Counted from the first letter of the stretch, positions 1 through 10,342 are shown. The stretch: 64,000 nt of DNA from Patescibacteria group bacterium (GCA_004297205.1 SCUL01000002.1:530893-594892); one strand, 5' to 3'. The notes: generated by a model not told the origin, from the sequence alone. Translations and numbers: made by a program.

Positions 1-547
1 GAATCTTGAACTTGTCCAGGTCGACCCACAGCAGCCCGAGCGGCTTGCGGTCGCCGAGCGCGCGGTTCACTTCCCCGCGCAGCGCCGCGTCGAAGGCCCG
101 GCGGTTGCCGAGCCCGGTCAGCGGGTCCGCGTAGATCTTCTGGACGTACTTGGTGACGTCCCGGACCGTTCCGAGGTAGCCGGCGAGCCGCTTCCGGTCG
201 TCGACCACGCGCTGGACGTTCAGGGAGACGGCGAGGCGCATCCCGTCCGGACGCACCACGTAGGTCTCGTAGTCATCGAGCTCGCCGTGCTTCTCCAGCA
301 TCGCCGGGATCGTCCGGCGGTCCGGATCGCCCCTGCGGTTCGAAAAGAGCCGCAGCACGTTCTTTCCCTTCAGCTCTCCCTCCGGGAGGCCGAACAGCTT
401 CGACACCGCCGGATTCAGCACCTGGATGCGCGCTTTCGCGTCCGTGAAAATCTGCGCATCCGGGCTCTGCATCCAGAGCAGCTCATATACTTCCTGTAGC
501 TGAAGCACCGCAGCCTCCCCGGCACCCGTGAAACCACGGGGTGCCAT
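1..547 (-). CDS. PAS domain + GGDEF-type diguanylate cyclase (truncated by window edge)
   Basis: Not in the ORF track; hand translation from ATG 547 (GGAGG upstream) gives MAPRGF...NPAVSKLFGL...YLGTVRDVT (PAS/PAC), then DPLTGLGNRRAF...LLWVDLDKFK (GGDEF N-terminus). The GGDEF motif itself lies outside the window. Confidence 0.85.
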   Translation of the reverse strand, partial: MAPRGFTGAGEAAVLQLQEVYELLWMQSPDAQIFTDAKARIQVLNPAVSKLFGLPEGELKGKNVLRLFSNRRGDPDRRTIPAMLEKHGELDDYETYVVRPDGMRLAVSLNVQRVVDDRKRLAGYLGTVRDVTKYVQKIYADPLTGLGNRRAFDAALRGEVNRALGDRKPLGLLWVDLDKFKI

Positions 548-668
548 GCTCGGAGTATCCTCCACGCGTCCTCCTTGAAAATGTAGCGTGTGCCGTCCTT
601 CGTTACGGCGTGCGGAGGATATGCGAAAAGAGGCCTTCCGTCAAGGGAGCGTGCTAGACTTCCCCTAT

Positions 669-1139
669 ATGTACCGCTTCCGGATCCTGGCCGTCGGGCC
701 GCTCCACCACGACTATGCCAAAGAGGCCGCCGCAGAGTACGCCAAGCGGCTGCGCCCCTATGCCAAAATCGAGGTTGAAGAGGTCGAAAAACGCTCCTTC
801 CGGTCACTGAGCGAACGGGACCGGACGGTCGGCGTGGAAGGCGCGCACCTGGTGGCCCATCTGACCAACGACGAGTTCGTGGTGGCGCTCGATGAAACCG
901 GGAAAACCGTGGATTCCCAGAAGTTCGCCCAGCTCCTGAAACGGGAAGGCGAGACGGGGCGCATCGTGACCTTCCTTATAGGAGGGCCGCTGGGCCTGTC
1001 CGCCGAAACGAAAAGCGCAGCACATCTGACCCTGTCGCTTTCCCCCCTTACCTTCCCGCACGAGATGGCCCGCGTCGTACTTCTGGAGCAGCTTTACCGC
1101 GCCATGACGATTCTGTCCGGAAAGACGTACCATTATTAA
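669..1139 (+). CDS. rlmH: 23S rRNA (pseudouridine1915-N3)-methyltransferase RlmH
   Basis: SPOUT motifs FLIGGPLG, LSLSPLTFPHEMARVVLLEQLYRA and C-terminal YH; start placed at ATG 669. Confidence 0.95.
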   Translation: MYRFRILAVGPLHHDYAKEAAAEYAKRLRPYAKIEVEEVEKRSFRSLSERDRTVGVEGAHLVAHLTNDEFVVALDETGKTVDSQKFAQLLKREGETGRIVTFLIGGPLGLSAETKSAAHLTLSLSPLTFPHEMARVVLLEQLYRAMTILSGKTYHY

Positions 1140-1154
1140 ATAACCCACATATCT

Positions 1155-1397
1155 ATGTTGTTGAATTTCCCTGACGTCATAGCAACGATGATGACCCCGG
1201 ACAACGCCATGTCGTTCCTGGTGGCGATCATCCCATTTGTGCTCATCTGGTCGCTTACCTGGAAAGGGTTGGCGCTCTGGAAGGCGGCGCACGAAGAAAG
1301 CAAACCGTGGTTCGTGGCGCTGCTCCTTCTGAACACCGCCGGCATCCTCGAAATCCTCTACATCTACGTCTTCGCAAAAAAACGCGGGTTGAAGTAG
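1155..1397 (+). CDS. DUF5652-like small membrane protein
   Basis: WSLTWKGLALWKAA...WFVALLLLNTAGILEILY signature. Confidence 0.8.
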   Translation: MLLNFPDVIATMMTPDNAMSFLVAIIPFVLIWSLTWKGLALWKAAHEESKPWFVALLLLNTAGILEILYIYVFAKKRGLK

Positions 1398-1440
1398 AAG
1401 CAAAAGACGCCCAGCCGGGCGTCTTTTATTTTCGGAGGGC

Positions 1441-1524
1441 TGGTGCTCCCGGAGGGATTTGAACCCCCACGCCTTGCGGCATGCGCTCCTAAGGCGCACG
1501 TGTCTACCGTTCCACCACGGGAGC
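1441..1524 (-). tRNA. tRNA-Leu(TAG)
   Basis: Reverse strand GCTCCCGTGGTGGAACGG...TGCGC-CT-TAG-GA-GCGCA, long variable arm, GGTTCAAATCC, ends ACCA. Confidence 0.95.
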
Positions 1525-1644
1525 CTCTAGTAATGAAGTCATCATATCCACACGCCCCACCATTGACAAACCGAAAAAAGGGTTAGAGAGTGAAGATAAC
1601 AATTCTTGATCTCTCCGCGCCGTCGCACGCGCGGTACACGCACT

Positions 1645-3852
1645 ATGCGCTTTGTACCGTTTGTCGTTGCGGCGGCGTTTCTGCTCTTCGCCCCCGCGCT
1701 CGCCCGCGCCGCCTCCACGGTCGTTATTACGCGCGTCGCCGCCTACGAGGCGTCCGACCATGAATGGATCGAAATCAAAAACACGGGCGATGCGCCATTC
1801 GATCTCACCGGTTGGAAGTTCTGGGAGGACAACGTGAACCACGGGCTGACCGCCTTCCGCGGTGGCATGACGCTCGCACCCGGCGAGAGTGCCGTCATCG
1901 CCGACGTGGCCGCAACCTATACCACCGACCATCCGGAGTGGAGCGGGATGATCCTCGATTCCAGCTGGACATCGCTCGCGCTTGACGGCGAACCGATCGG
2001 CCTGCGCGACTCGGCCGGAGAGCTCCATCAGTTTACGGATGTGGTCTGGTTGAGCGAGCCGCCCGGAACGGCGGCACCCGCGCCGACAGCGGATGCGCCT
2101 CCAACATCGAGCGCGCCCGCCCCGCAGGGCGGCGAGCTCCTCCTCTCCGAAGTGCTCCCCGCGCCTACCGACGGCGGCGAATGGATCGAAGTGCAGAATG
2201 TCGCGAGTTCGACGATCCGTCTCGACGGCCAGGAGCTGCATGACGCGGTCGGCCGCATCGCGGTGCTGACCGGCGATCTCGCTCCCGGCGCGTACCTGCA
2301 GATCAGCCTGACCTCTGCGAAGCTCAACAACTCCGGCGACACGGTCACATTGCGTTCGGTCTCCGCGGTGCTCGACGAAGTCCGCTACGGCGACGACCTG
2401 CTTCCGGCTCCGGAATCGGGCATCGCGCTGGCCCGCGACGGTGCCGCCTGGACGCTGACCATGAGCGCGACGCCCGGCGCAGCCAACCGCATCACCGCGC
2501 TGCCGAGCGCGCCCAAGAAATCCGCGCCGGCGCGGGTTGGACCAGACACGACGCTGCATCCCGGAAGCATCCTCATCAATGAAATCGCGCCGCGCGAGGA
2601 AGACGGTGACGACTGGATCGAATTCGCCAACCGCACCGACCGCCGCCTCGACCTGCGCGGCTGGAAACTGCTCGTCGGCGCGGACGCAGAAATTCCGCTC
2701 TTCGGAAAAATCAGCGCGGGAAGCCGGATGCTGGTGCGCCTCGGCGGCGACCCGCTGCCAGACAAAGCGCTGCTCTTGCTTGCGGCCGCCGACGGCAGCA
2801 CGCAAGACCAGGTGACGTACGGCCCCTATAGCGACGGAAACGACGCCGACAACGCGCCCGCTCCTGAACTCGGAAAAACGGTTGCTCGTCACGAAGGGCA
2901 GAACACCGAAAGCGACGCGGAGGACTTCTATCTCCCGCGCGCGGCGACGCCCGGCAAGCAGAACATTGCGCCAGAAGATGAAGGGGAGGAGACCATGGTC
3001 ACGACGCGCGCGATCATCATTCCGAGCTGCATCCTCCCAGAAGAAAACGTCGCGGAAACCACGACCGTGCGCGCTGCAACAACTGCCACGCCAAAAAAGA
3101 CCGTCGCGAAAACAAAGACCGTTGCAAAAAAGAAGGGCAGCGCTCCGGCACCCCGATCCGCGTTGCTTGCGGAGATCGGCGAACTCCCGGACAAGTCCAA
3201 AGTGCGCGTCACCGCGACCGTCGTGGGTGCGCCGCCGGCGAGCAGCGGCCGCATCTGGTTCCTCGGTGACGGAGATGCCGGTGCCAAACTCCAGCTGACG
3301 GGAAAACCGCTCATGCTCGCCGCGGGAGAGCGCATCCGTCTCACCGCGACGACCGACTGGACGACCGGTCCGCTCCTGCGCGCGGCATCCGCCGCCGTGG
3401 AACGCATCGGCTCCGCAACCGCCACCGTTCCCGTCACACGCGGGCTGGCGGAGCTCACTTCAGACGACGGGCATCGCCTCGTCGCGGTCCGCGGAGAAGC
3501 CGTGAGCCGGCGTGGCGACGCGGTGACCATCGAAGACGGGACCGGGCGATTGAACATGACCTTGCCGCAAGGCGTTCCCGGACAGACCGGCGATACGTTC
3601 GACGCAACCGGCATCTACTTGGTCGGCGACCCGGGACGGCTGCTCGTCCTCACCACATCTTCTGCGGCAGTGAGCCGTCCCGCGGCTGCCATCCCTGGCC
3701 GTACCGCCTCGGGCGCGTCCGGCCCATCAAGCCGCGACTCTCCGTGGCCGCTCGTCGGCGCGGCAGCGTTGCTCGGCGCCGGAACGCTGCTCCTCGTCCG
3801 CCGTCCGTCGACCGGTGCCAAAGAAACGTCACTCATGCTTGATCACTCGTAA
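1645..3852 (+). CDS. Surface protein with three lamin-tail domains, probable OB-folds and a C-terminal TM anchor
   Basis: Signal peptide; three xxI(N/S)E...EWIE..N...DL.GW-type repeats; PGxxN ends; C-terminal hydrophobic helix followed by RR. Confidence 0.8.
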   Translation: MRFVPFVVAAAFLLFAPALARAASTVVITRVAAYEASDHEWIEIKNTGDAPFDLTGWKFWEDNVNHGLTAFRGGMTLAPGESAVIADVAATYTTDHPEWSGMILDSSWTSLALDGEPIGLRDSAGELHQFTDVVWLSEPPGTAAPAPTADAPPTSSAPAPQGGELLLSEVLPAPTDGGEWIEVQNVASSTIRLDGQELHDAVGRIAVLTGDLAPGAYLQISLTSAKLNNSGDTVTLRSVSAVLDEVRYGDDLLPAPESGIALARDGAAWTLTMSATPGAANRITALPSAPKKSAPARVGPDTTLHPGSILINEIAPREEDGDDWIEFANRTDRRLDLRGWKLLVGADAEIPLFGKISAGSRMLVRLGGDPLPDKALLLLAAADGSTQDQVTYGPYSDGNDADNAPAPELGKTVARHEGQNTESDAEDFYLPRAATPGKQNIAPEDEGEETMVTTRAIIIPSCILPEENVAETTTVRAATTATPKKTVAKTKTVAKKKGSAPAPRSALLAEIGELPDKSKVRVTATVVGAPPASSGRIWFLGDGDAGAKLQLTGKPLMLAAGERIRLTATTDWTTGPLLRAASAAVERIGSATATVPVTRGLAELTSDDGHRLVAVRGEAVSRRGDAVTIEDGTGRLNMTLPQGVPGQTGDTFDATGIYLVGDPGRLLVLTTSSAAVSRPAAAIPGRTASGASGPSSRDSPWPLVGAAALLGAGTLLLVRRPSTGAKETSLMLDHS

Positions 3853-3863
3853 CCGACACATGT

Positions 3864-4085
3864 ATGCAGACTGCTGAAACCCGCGTTGCCCCGGCCGAAG
3901 CCCTCCGCAATGACTTCCTGGCCTTCGCCGACACGCTCGGTCTGACCGCCGAGAGCCGCGAGGCCTGCCTGTCCTTCCTGATGGAAAAATCCCGTCAGGC
4001 CTGGATCAACGGCAAGGAGTTCGGCTGGAAGAAAGCCTGGAACTGGAAGCGCGGCCAGAAGGGTGGTGACCGCCCGGCGGCCTAG
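3864..4085 (+). CDS. small hypothetical protein
   Basis: 73-aa ORF with genome-like codon usage, followed by hairpin ACACACACCTCC-GA-GGAGGTGTGTGT-TTT. Confidence 0.65.
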   Translation: MQTAETRVAPAEALRNDFLAFADTLGLTAESREACLSFLMEKSRQAWINGKEFGWKKAWNWKRGQKGGDRPAA

Positions 4086-4139
4086 AACGCAACACACACC
4101 TCCGAGGAGGTGTGTGTTTTTACGGGCCTCTGACCTGCG

Positions 4140-4168
4140 TTGACACGGCAGGGCGCCATCCATATACT
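4140..4168 (+). promoter_or_regulatory. sigma70 promoter for tRNA-Gly
   Basis: TTGACA-17bp-TATACT. Confidence 0.8.
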
Positions 4169-4187
4169 GGCCCCACAAATCTGCCGC

Positions 4188-4262
4188 GCGGGTATCGTAT
4201 AGCGGCTATTATGCCACCTTGCCATGGTGGAGATGGGGGTTCGACTCCCCCTACCCGCTCCA
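4188..4262 (+). tRNA. tRNA-Gly(GCC)
   Basis: GCGGGTA/TACCCGC acceptor stem, CCACC-TT-GCC-AT-GGTGG anticodon arm, GTTCGACTC, CCA end. Confidence 0.95.
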
Positions 4263-4325
4263 AGAAGAGCGTCCCTCAAAAGAGGGGCGCTCTTCTTGTT
4301 TACGAGCATGTTATACTGCTCCCAT

Positions 4326-4616
4326 ATGAGACGAGTTCTTATCATAGCCATCTTGTTGGTCCTCGCGGCAGGGGGCGTCCTCTTTTTTGCCGTCCGACCA
4401 GACGCACCCGCATTGCCGGCGACGCAGCCGGACACCGCCTCCGGCGCCGCAGCGGAAGCGTTCGACGTCGACGTGGACGAGATCATCGCACAGGAGACGC
4501 TCAATGCGGAATCGGACGATGGTGCGGAACTGGACGACCTTCCCGACGACGGAACACTGCTCGCCGAAGAACAAGCATTCGGTTCTTTGGACCTCGGCAT
4601 GGTCGCCCCTCAATGA
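4326..4616 (+). CDS. small acidic membrane-anchored protein
   Basis: MRRVLIIAILLVLAAGGVLFF TM segment followed by a D/E-rich tail. Confidence 0.65.
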   Translation: MRRVLIIAILLVLAAGGVLFFAVRPDAPALPATQPDTASGAAAEAFDVDVDEIIAQETLNAESDDGAELDDLPDDGTLLAEEQAFGSLDLGMVAPQ

Positions 4617-4723
4617 CCTCGCAGACTTGATTCTTTTGGTCGGAGTTGTTATCGTCCGAGCCGTTCTTGGGTACGCGGTGAAAAACGAGGCCACCCCGGA
4701 TAAACCCAAAAAATAGCCTTTCT

Positions 4724-5218
4724 ATGAAGCACGCTCTCCTTCCCGTTTCGCTCGCCGCTCTCCTCTTGGTGGGCGCGGGTTGCGCGTCCGGGGAACCTGC
4801 CGCGAACGCGCCGTCGACGGAGGCGTCCGCGACAAGCACCTCGGAAGTCGTCGCCACCTCGACCCCGGAAACGACCAACACGAACGTGAATACCCCGGCG
4901 CCCAAGCCGACGAACGCGCCGAAGCCGACCACCTCGACCGGCGTGAAAAAGACGTTCTACGTCGAGCTCGACGACAACGGCGCCTATCCGGCCAGCGGCA
5001 CTGCCGCCAAGGGCAGCACCGTGACCGTGACTTTCAAGGTTCGTCCGACCAACGTTTTCTACAACGGCCTCGTCGTGACCAGCAACGCGAACAATCTTGG
5101 AAAAATCGACGCCGGGCAGAGCAAAACCATCACCTTCACGGCAGTCGAAGACGAGACCTTCGTCGCCCAATGGATCACCGGAACGACAAAAGCACGCTGG
5201 ACATTGGTCGTCCGCTGA
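4724..5218 (+). CDS. lipoprotein with Pro/Thr linker and cupredoxin-like/Ig-like C-terminal domain
   Basis: LLLVGAGC lipobox, T/P-rich linker, C-terminal beta-rich domain (G..V.VTF...AGQSKTITFTA). Confidence 0.7.
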   Translation: MKHALLPVSLAALLLVGAGCASGEPAANAPSTEASATSTSEVVATSTPETTNTNVNTPAPKPTNAPKPTTSTGVKKTFYVELDDNGAYPASGTAAKGSTVTVTFKVRPTNVFYNGLVVTSNANNLGKIDAGQSKTITFTAVEDETFVAQWITGTTKARWTLVVR

Positions 5219-5267
5219 TAAGAACCGAATCCGCCCCGCAAGGGGCGGTTTTTGGTACACTGGTGCC

Positions 5268-6377
5268 ATGCATCTGCCGGACATGCCCAAACGGCTCATC
5301 CCCTTCCCGCTCGTCCTCGTGGCCATAACGGGCGCGTTCATTCTGGTCGCCTTGTACGCCGACGTGCGCGGCCGGGAGCGGCGCGCCGCGGAGACGCCTG
5401 CTGCCCCGGTCGCATCGTCGGAAACTCCCGTGCAGACACCCGAACCCGCCGCTGCAACGTCCACCGAGGTGCAGCCGGAGGAGCAGACGCCCGAGCCGCT
5501 CGGCCTGCCGCCCGAATCGCCGACCTCGGACATCCCAGCCGTCGCCGTATTCGATTGTTTACGTTTTGAATATCGGGATAACCGACTCGTGGTAGGGGAT
5601 CGCTTCCTTCACGTGGCCACAAGAAAGCCTGCGCTCGTCGATGAAAAGACGCTCCATCTTCGCTGCAGAACGAATAACGACGTCGTCCGTGCGCCGAACG
5701 GAAAAACCTTCTTTGTTAGCTCTGCTCCGCCTTGGCCACGGGATAGCCGAAACACGCAGCAGCCCGAAACAATCGCCGTCTGGACGGTCTTTGAGGTCAA
5801 CTCGACGACCGGAATCCTTCGCGAAATCGCTCGCCTGCCCGATGCGCATCAGGAATCGGATGATCTGCGCGGGATAACTGTCAGTGACGACGGATCCTTC
5901 CTCGTCGGCGAACTCCACGTGAGGGGTCTCCCCTTGTCGCTGCTGCGCATTGACACGGCGACCGGGGAAATCAAACGCACGCCGGAACACGGCAGCCAGC
6001 AAACGATTCTCTTCACGGCAGATCGCCTCCGCGCGCTCGGCATCGAGTGGCGGTGCGGAGAGGGCGGCGACTGTTTTGAATCGCTCTTCCTGCACCGCTA
6101 CAACCTCGAAACTCAGCAGCGGGTCCGCGTGGGAGAACTCAAAGGGGCCGTAATGGGACAGCTGCCCGTGATGCTAGATGACGGACGCATCGTCGTCCCG
6201 GGAGAAGCGACGCCATTGTTCATCGTCAACAGCACAACCGGCCGGACGGCGCCTATCCGCATGGTCACGACGAAGGTCGACGTGCTCGGCGTCACGACGG
6301 ACGGCACCACACTCGTAGTTTCTGGCCCCGACCTTCCGCTCACCGCGATCCCCGTCGCGGAGTTGCCGAAACCGTGA
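5268..6377 (+). CDS. membrane-anchored extracellular protein, probable beta-propeller
   Basis: N-terminal TM, P/E linker, repeated APNGKT/SDDGSF/TTDGTT and IDTATGE-like blade motifs. Confidence 0.6.
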   Translation: MHLPDMPKRLIPFPLVLVAITGAFILVALYADVRGRERRAAETPAAPVASSETPVQTPEPAAATSTEVQPEEQTPEPLGLPPESPTSDIPAVAVFDCLRFEYRDNRLVVGDRFLHVATRKPALVDEKTLHLRCRTNNDVVRAPNGKTFFVSSAPPWPRDSRNTQQPETIAVWTVFEVNSTTGILREIARLPDAHQESDDLRGITVSDDGSFLVGELHVRGLPLSLLRIDTATGEIKRTPEHGSQQTILFTADRLRALGIEWRCGEGGDCFESLFLHRYNLETQQRVRVGELKGAVMGQLPVMLDDGRIVVPGEATPLFIVNSTTGRTAPIRMVTTKVDVLGVTTDGTTLVVSGPDLPLTAIPVAELPKP

Positions 6378-6400
6378 CCGCGATGTAGCTTCCTCTCCTC

Positions 6401-6487
6401 GCCTGGGTGGCGGAACTGGCATACGCAGGGGACTTAAAATCCCCAGCCCGAAAGGGATTGTGGGTTCGACTCCCACCTCAGGCACCA
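6401..6487 (+). tRNA. tRNA-Leu(TAA)
   Basis: GCCTGGG/CTCAGGC acceptor stem, GGGGA-CT-TAA-AA-TCCCC, variable arm, GGTTCGACTCC, ACCA end. Confidence 0.95.
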
Positions 6488-6552
6488 AAAAAACTCCATC
6501 AAAAAGGGGTTTTTCTTGTTTTTCACGGTCGCCGCGGCTACAATGACGCCGT

Positions 6553-7593
6553 ATGGAGGCCCTCGAAAACGCCGACAATCGCCTGGTGGCCGGGGACGTC
6601 CAACAGGAAGACGCCCAGATCGACGTCGGCTTGCGGCCGACGACGCTGGCCGAGTTCATCGGTCAGGAGAAGATCAAGGAGAACCTGGACATCTTCCTGT
6701 CCGCTGCCAAAAAACGCGGCGAACCCATTGAACACGTCCTGCTCTACGGCAACCCCGGGCTCGGCAAAACCACGCTGGCCCACGTCATCGCCCATGAGAT
6801 GGGCGCGAACATCAAGGTGACGAGTGGTCCGGCGTTGGAGCGCGTCGGCGACCTGGCCGCGATCCTGTCGTCGCTCGAGACGGGCGACATCCTGTTCATC
6901 GACGAAATCCACCGGCTCAACAAAACGATCGAGGAAGTGCTCTATCCGGCCATGGAGGATTTCGCGCTCGACGTGGTGATCGGCAAAGGGCCGTCGGCGC
7001 GCACCATCCGGCTGGCGCTCAACCGCTTCACCATCATCGGCGCGACGACGCGGCTTTCCCTGTTGTCCGCACCGCTGCGCGACCGCTTCGGCGTCACGCT
7101 GCACATCAGCTTCTACGAGGAAGGCGACATCCGGAACATTCTGGCGCGCAGTGCGCGTCTCCTTGAGGTGACCATCGACACCGACGCGCTCGGCCTGCTC
7201 GCCTCGCGCAGCCGCCGCACGCCGCGCGTCGCCAACCGCCTGCTGAAGCGGGTGCGCGACTACGTGGAAGTGAAGCATGCCGGCATCATCAGCGCGCCCT
7301 TGGCCGTCGAAGCCCTGGCCGCGCTCGACATCGACCCCATGGGCCTCGACGACGTCGACCGCCGTCTGCTCGGGACGATCATCGAAAAATTCAACGGCGG
7401 ACCGGTCGGTCTCTCGGCGCTGTCCGCCGCCACGGCCGAAGAGATCGCCACCATCGAAGAAGTCCACGAACCCTTCCTGATGCAGGTCGGCCTGATTGAA
7501 CGCACGCCGCGCGGCCGCATGGCTACGGTCCGCGCCTACCAACATCTTGGTTTCGCCGCGCCTGCCCGGCCGGCTTTGTTCCCCGCCGCATGA
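6553..7593 (+). CDS. ruvB: Holliday junction branch migration helicase RuvB
   Basis: LRP...[40 protein letters not shown]. Confidence 0.98.
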   Translation: MEALENADNRLVAGDVQQEDAQIDVGLRPTTLAEFIGQEKIKENLDIFLSAAKKRGEPIEHVLLYGNPGLGKTTLAHVIAHEMGANIKVTSGPALERVGDLAAILSSLETGDILFIDEIHRLNKTIEEVLYPAMEDFALDVVIGKGPSARTIRLALNRFTIIGATTRLSLLSAPLRDRFGVTLHISFYEEGDIRNILARSARLLEVTIDTDALGLLASRSRRTPRVANRLLKRVRDYVEVKHAGIISAPLAVEALAALDIDPMGLDDVDRRLLGTIIEKFNGGPVGLSALSAATAEEIATIEEVHEPFLMQVGLIERTPRGRMATVRAYQHLGFAAPARPALFPAA

Positions 7594-7835
7594 TCATTCC
7601 TCTGTACGTCCTTGCTCTCGTCTTTCTGGTGCCCGTCGCCGGGGTCGGCATCATGGGCGCGCTCAAAAGCAAACAGCTCTTCGCCTACGGCGGCGCCTTT
7701 TCCGCTTTCCTGGCCACGGCGGTCTTTTGGGGCGGGTTCGCGCTCATCCTCCTCACCACCTGGAGCATGCTCGCGGGCGTCGACTGGACGACGCCGCTCC
7801 TCGACCTCAGCGTCTTCCTGAGCCCGCCCGTGTAA
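7590..7835 (+). CDS. small two-TM membrane protein
   Basis: ATGA overlap with the ruvB stop; hydrophobic; VDW motif. Confidence 0.7.
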   Translation: MIIPLYVLALVFLVPVAGVGIMGALKSKQLFAYGGAFSAFLATAVFWGGFALILLTTWSMLAGVDWTTPLLDLSVFLSPPV

Positions 7836-7845
7836 ACTCGTCCTT

Positions 7846-8403
7846 ATGCACTACCCGTTCCTCATCACCTGCCACGGCAAGCCGGAAACGCCGATTCTCA
7901 CCCTGCGCGCGCACCCGGTTGTCTTCCTCACCGGCGGCGCGGTTTTCCTGATCCTGTTCTTCGTCCCCTTCGCCGCGGCGGCGCTCCTTCCGGAGCTGAC
8001 TGCAACGCTCTTGGAGTCGACCGTGCTGGGGACGGGCACGGTGCTCCTCGTGTCGCTCTACATGCTCGTCGTGCTACTGCTCGGCTTCAACCATTTCTTC
8101 AACTGGTTTTTCGACATCTGGGTCGTGACCAATGAACGCATCGTCGACATCGACCAGGAGGGCGTCTTCTCCAAGAAGATCGGCGAATTGGAGCTCCACA
8201 AAGTCCAGGATGTGCTGGCCGAGAGCCACGGCGTCCTGGCCACCGTCTTCGGCTATGGCCGGATCAAAGTGGAGACGGCCGGATCGCATACCGAATTCGC
8301 CTTCGACGGCCTCCCCAAACCCTACGCCGTCGCCAAACACATCCTCGAACTCGCCAAAGCCGACGCGCCGCTCCACCAGGGCGAAGCCGCCGCCCAACAC
8401 TGA
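7846..8403 (+). CDS. membrane protein with bacterial PH (bPH_2/YdbS-like) domain
   Basis: Two TMs followed by WVVTNERIVDIDQEG...KVQDV...FGYGRIKVETAG. Confidence 0.85.
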   Translation: MHYPFLITCHGKPETPILTLRAHPVVFLTGGAVFLILFFVPFAAAALLPELTATLLESTVLGTGTVLLVSLYMLVVLLLGFNHFFNWFFDIWVVTNERIVDIDQEGVFSKKIGELELHKVQDVLAESHGVLATVFGYGRIKVETAGSHTEFAFDGLPKPYAVAKHILELAKADAPLHQGEAAAQH

Positions 8404-8452
8404 AAACACGGAAAACGCCCCCGCCGAGGCGGGGGCGTTTCGTTTTCGTGCA

Positions 8453-10342
8453 TCACCACTTCTTCATCAGCGTGATGCCGGTGTAGAAGTAGCGGAGGAT
8501 GTTGTCGAAGGTTTGCCCCTCGTTCGCCATGCAGAGCGCGCCCGAGGCCGACATGCCGACGCCGTGACCCCACAATTCTTTGCCGACGTCGCAGGGCACG
8601 GAGACGCCGCGCAGCCAGGGCACCGGATCCGAGCGCCAAACGTCCTCCCAGTTGCGGGTGCGGCCGTCGGAACGCGAGAAGTACGGGGTGATGGCCGTGC
8701 GGTTCTCGTACGTCACGATCTGGCCGCGCGTTTCCTCGACCGACTGTGTCAACCGCGGCGTGCGCTGCTCCTGGCCGTAGCCTTTGTAGACCTGATCGTA
8801 GTAGGCATCGACGTGATAGAACTCGGCGGCGTGCTTCGTGCCGCGCTCCCAATGGTAGTACGCGTAGGTGCGCGCCGCGGTGATGAGCGCCTTTTGGAAT
8901 TCGAGGTGCGAGATGTTCGAGGTTTCCGCGAGCCCGCGCAGGTAGCTCTCCATCGGCAGCTCGTTGATGAGCCAGGTGCGGTTTTCGCTGCCGTTCCAAT
9001 GCAATTCGAGGACATCGCGGAAGGCGTTGTCGGCGTAGCCGGCATTGCGCGTGACGCGGCGGTCGAAATTCGTGACCGTAAAAATGCTGTTGGACGATTT
9101 GGGGACGAATCGCAGGTACGAGCCGGACGGTTTGCGGCCGGCGCCTGCGTCGTACCAGTACGCGCCGTTCTCGTAGGCCGCGGTCACAGACGCGCCGCCT
9201 GCGATCGTCGCCACGACCGCGCCTCCGGTGACGACATCGAAGCCGGCGGGGTTCGCGAGCGTCACGCGCCAGTCCGTCTCCTCGTCGACGATCAGTACGC
9301 CGACGCGGAGTGTCGGCTCGCCGGCCGAGGTCGAAGGCGGCGTCGGCTGCGCGGAGGAACTCGGCACTGGCGGCGGCGCCACGGGGTTGGCATTCGGCCC
9401 GTCATTGGTGACGCTCACCGGAATATCGAAATCACTGCCCTCCACGACCTTCCCATCAACCTGGAGGTGGAAGGAGGCCTTGTAGCTGCCGCGCTTCTGC
9501 GGTGCGCGGACGATGAAATCGAGCACGACCGCGCCGCCCGGCGCGACGGAGTTGGCGGTCGACAGCGCCACGCGGTCGCTGGCCCAGCTCGCGGCGCGGA
9601 ACGAGGGATCCGTAGCGGCGATGGCCAGTCCCGAGCGGCCAGCGAGCACTTCGTAGCCGCCCCAGCCGGCCGTGCCGGCGTTCTTGAACATGATGCGGAA
9701 GCGGGTCTCTTCACCGCCACGAGAAAACGCCAATTCTTTGGCGCTCTGAATCAGTTTTTGGGCGCGCAGCGTGCCGTTGGACGAGGGTGCAGGGACGGAA
9801 GCCGGCGCGGACGAGCTGATCGGCGGCAGCGATACGGGCGCGGCGGCGCCGCCAGCCACACGAATGGTCACGGAAAACTGTCCGCCCGGAATCCAGCGCA
9901 GGTTCTCGACCGCGAGGTGATAGGTTTCCGTGTACGTGCCGGGTGTGCCCGGCGCACGCAGGGTGAAGCTCAAAAATCCAACGCCGCCCGGCGCCACGGT
10001 CTGCTCGGTGAGAATCGCCGGCTGCGTGGGGCCGCGCCACGAGGCATCGACAAAAGGACTGGTCCGATATTTCGGATTCCACGTGTAGAGTGAGATGAAA
10101 TTGCCGCCGGAGCGCGACCACGTTTCCGTGCCGACGTTTTTGAAGCCGACGCGGTACTGCCGCTTTTCCCCCGGCTGCATGTCGATCGTCGTCCCCGACG
10201 TGATCAAAAGCTTGGCGGCGTCCCCGGCGGCATGGATTCGAACGGCCGGAAACCCGCTGGAAACAAAAACGGCCAGCACCGCGAGAAAGGCACACGCCTC
10301 CCGCAGTCTGGCGGTCATTTTTGTCGTTTTTTTGTTTTTCAT
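8453..10342 (-). CDS. SpoIID/LytB domain protein with two N-terminal NBR1-like Ig domains
   Basis: FKNxGTxxW repeats; INELPMESYLRGLAE, KALITAARTY, DQVYKG, GHGVGMSASGA, ILRYFYTG. Confidence 0.9.
   Translation of the reverse strand: MKNKKTTKMTARLREACAFLAVLAVFVSSGFPAVRIHAAGDAAKLLITSGTTIDMQPGEKRQYRVGFKNVGTETWSRSGGNFISLYTWNPKYRTSPFVDASWRGPTQPAILTEQTVAPGGVGFLSFTLRAPGTPGTYTETYHLAVENLRWIPGGQFSVTIRVAGGAAAPVSLPPISSSAPASVPAPSSNGTLRAQKLIQSAKELAFSRGGEETRFRIMFKNAGTAGWGGYEVLAGRSGLAIAATDPSFRAASWASDRVALSTANSVAPGGAVVLDFIVRAPQKRGSYKASFHLQVDGKVVEGSDFDIPVSVTNDGPNANPVAPPPVPSSSAQPTPPSTSAGEPTLRVGVLIVDEETDWRVTLANPAGFDVVTGGAVVATIAGGASVTAAYENGAYWYDAGAGRKPSGSYLRFVPKSSNSIFTVTNFDRRVTRNAGYADNAFRDVLELHWNGSENRTWLINELPMESYLRGLAETSNISHLEFQKALITAARTYAYYHWERGTKHAAEFYHVDAYYDQVYKGYGQEQRTPRLTQSVEETRGQIVTYENRTAITPYFSRSDGRTRNWEDVWRSDPVPWLRGVSVPCDVGKELWGHGVGMSASGALCMANEGQTFDNILRYFYTGITLMKKW

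Noticed and set aside
8410-8450. CCCCCGCC-NN-GGCGGGGG hairpins (also ~17793 and ~62320) as a mobile repeat family
   Set aside because: They sit at gene ends with T-tracts and are adequately explained as ordinary, partly bidirectional intrinsic terminators.
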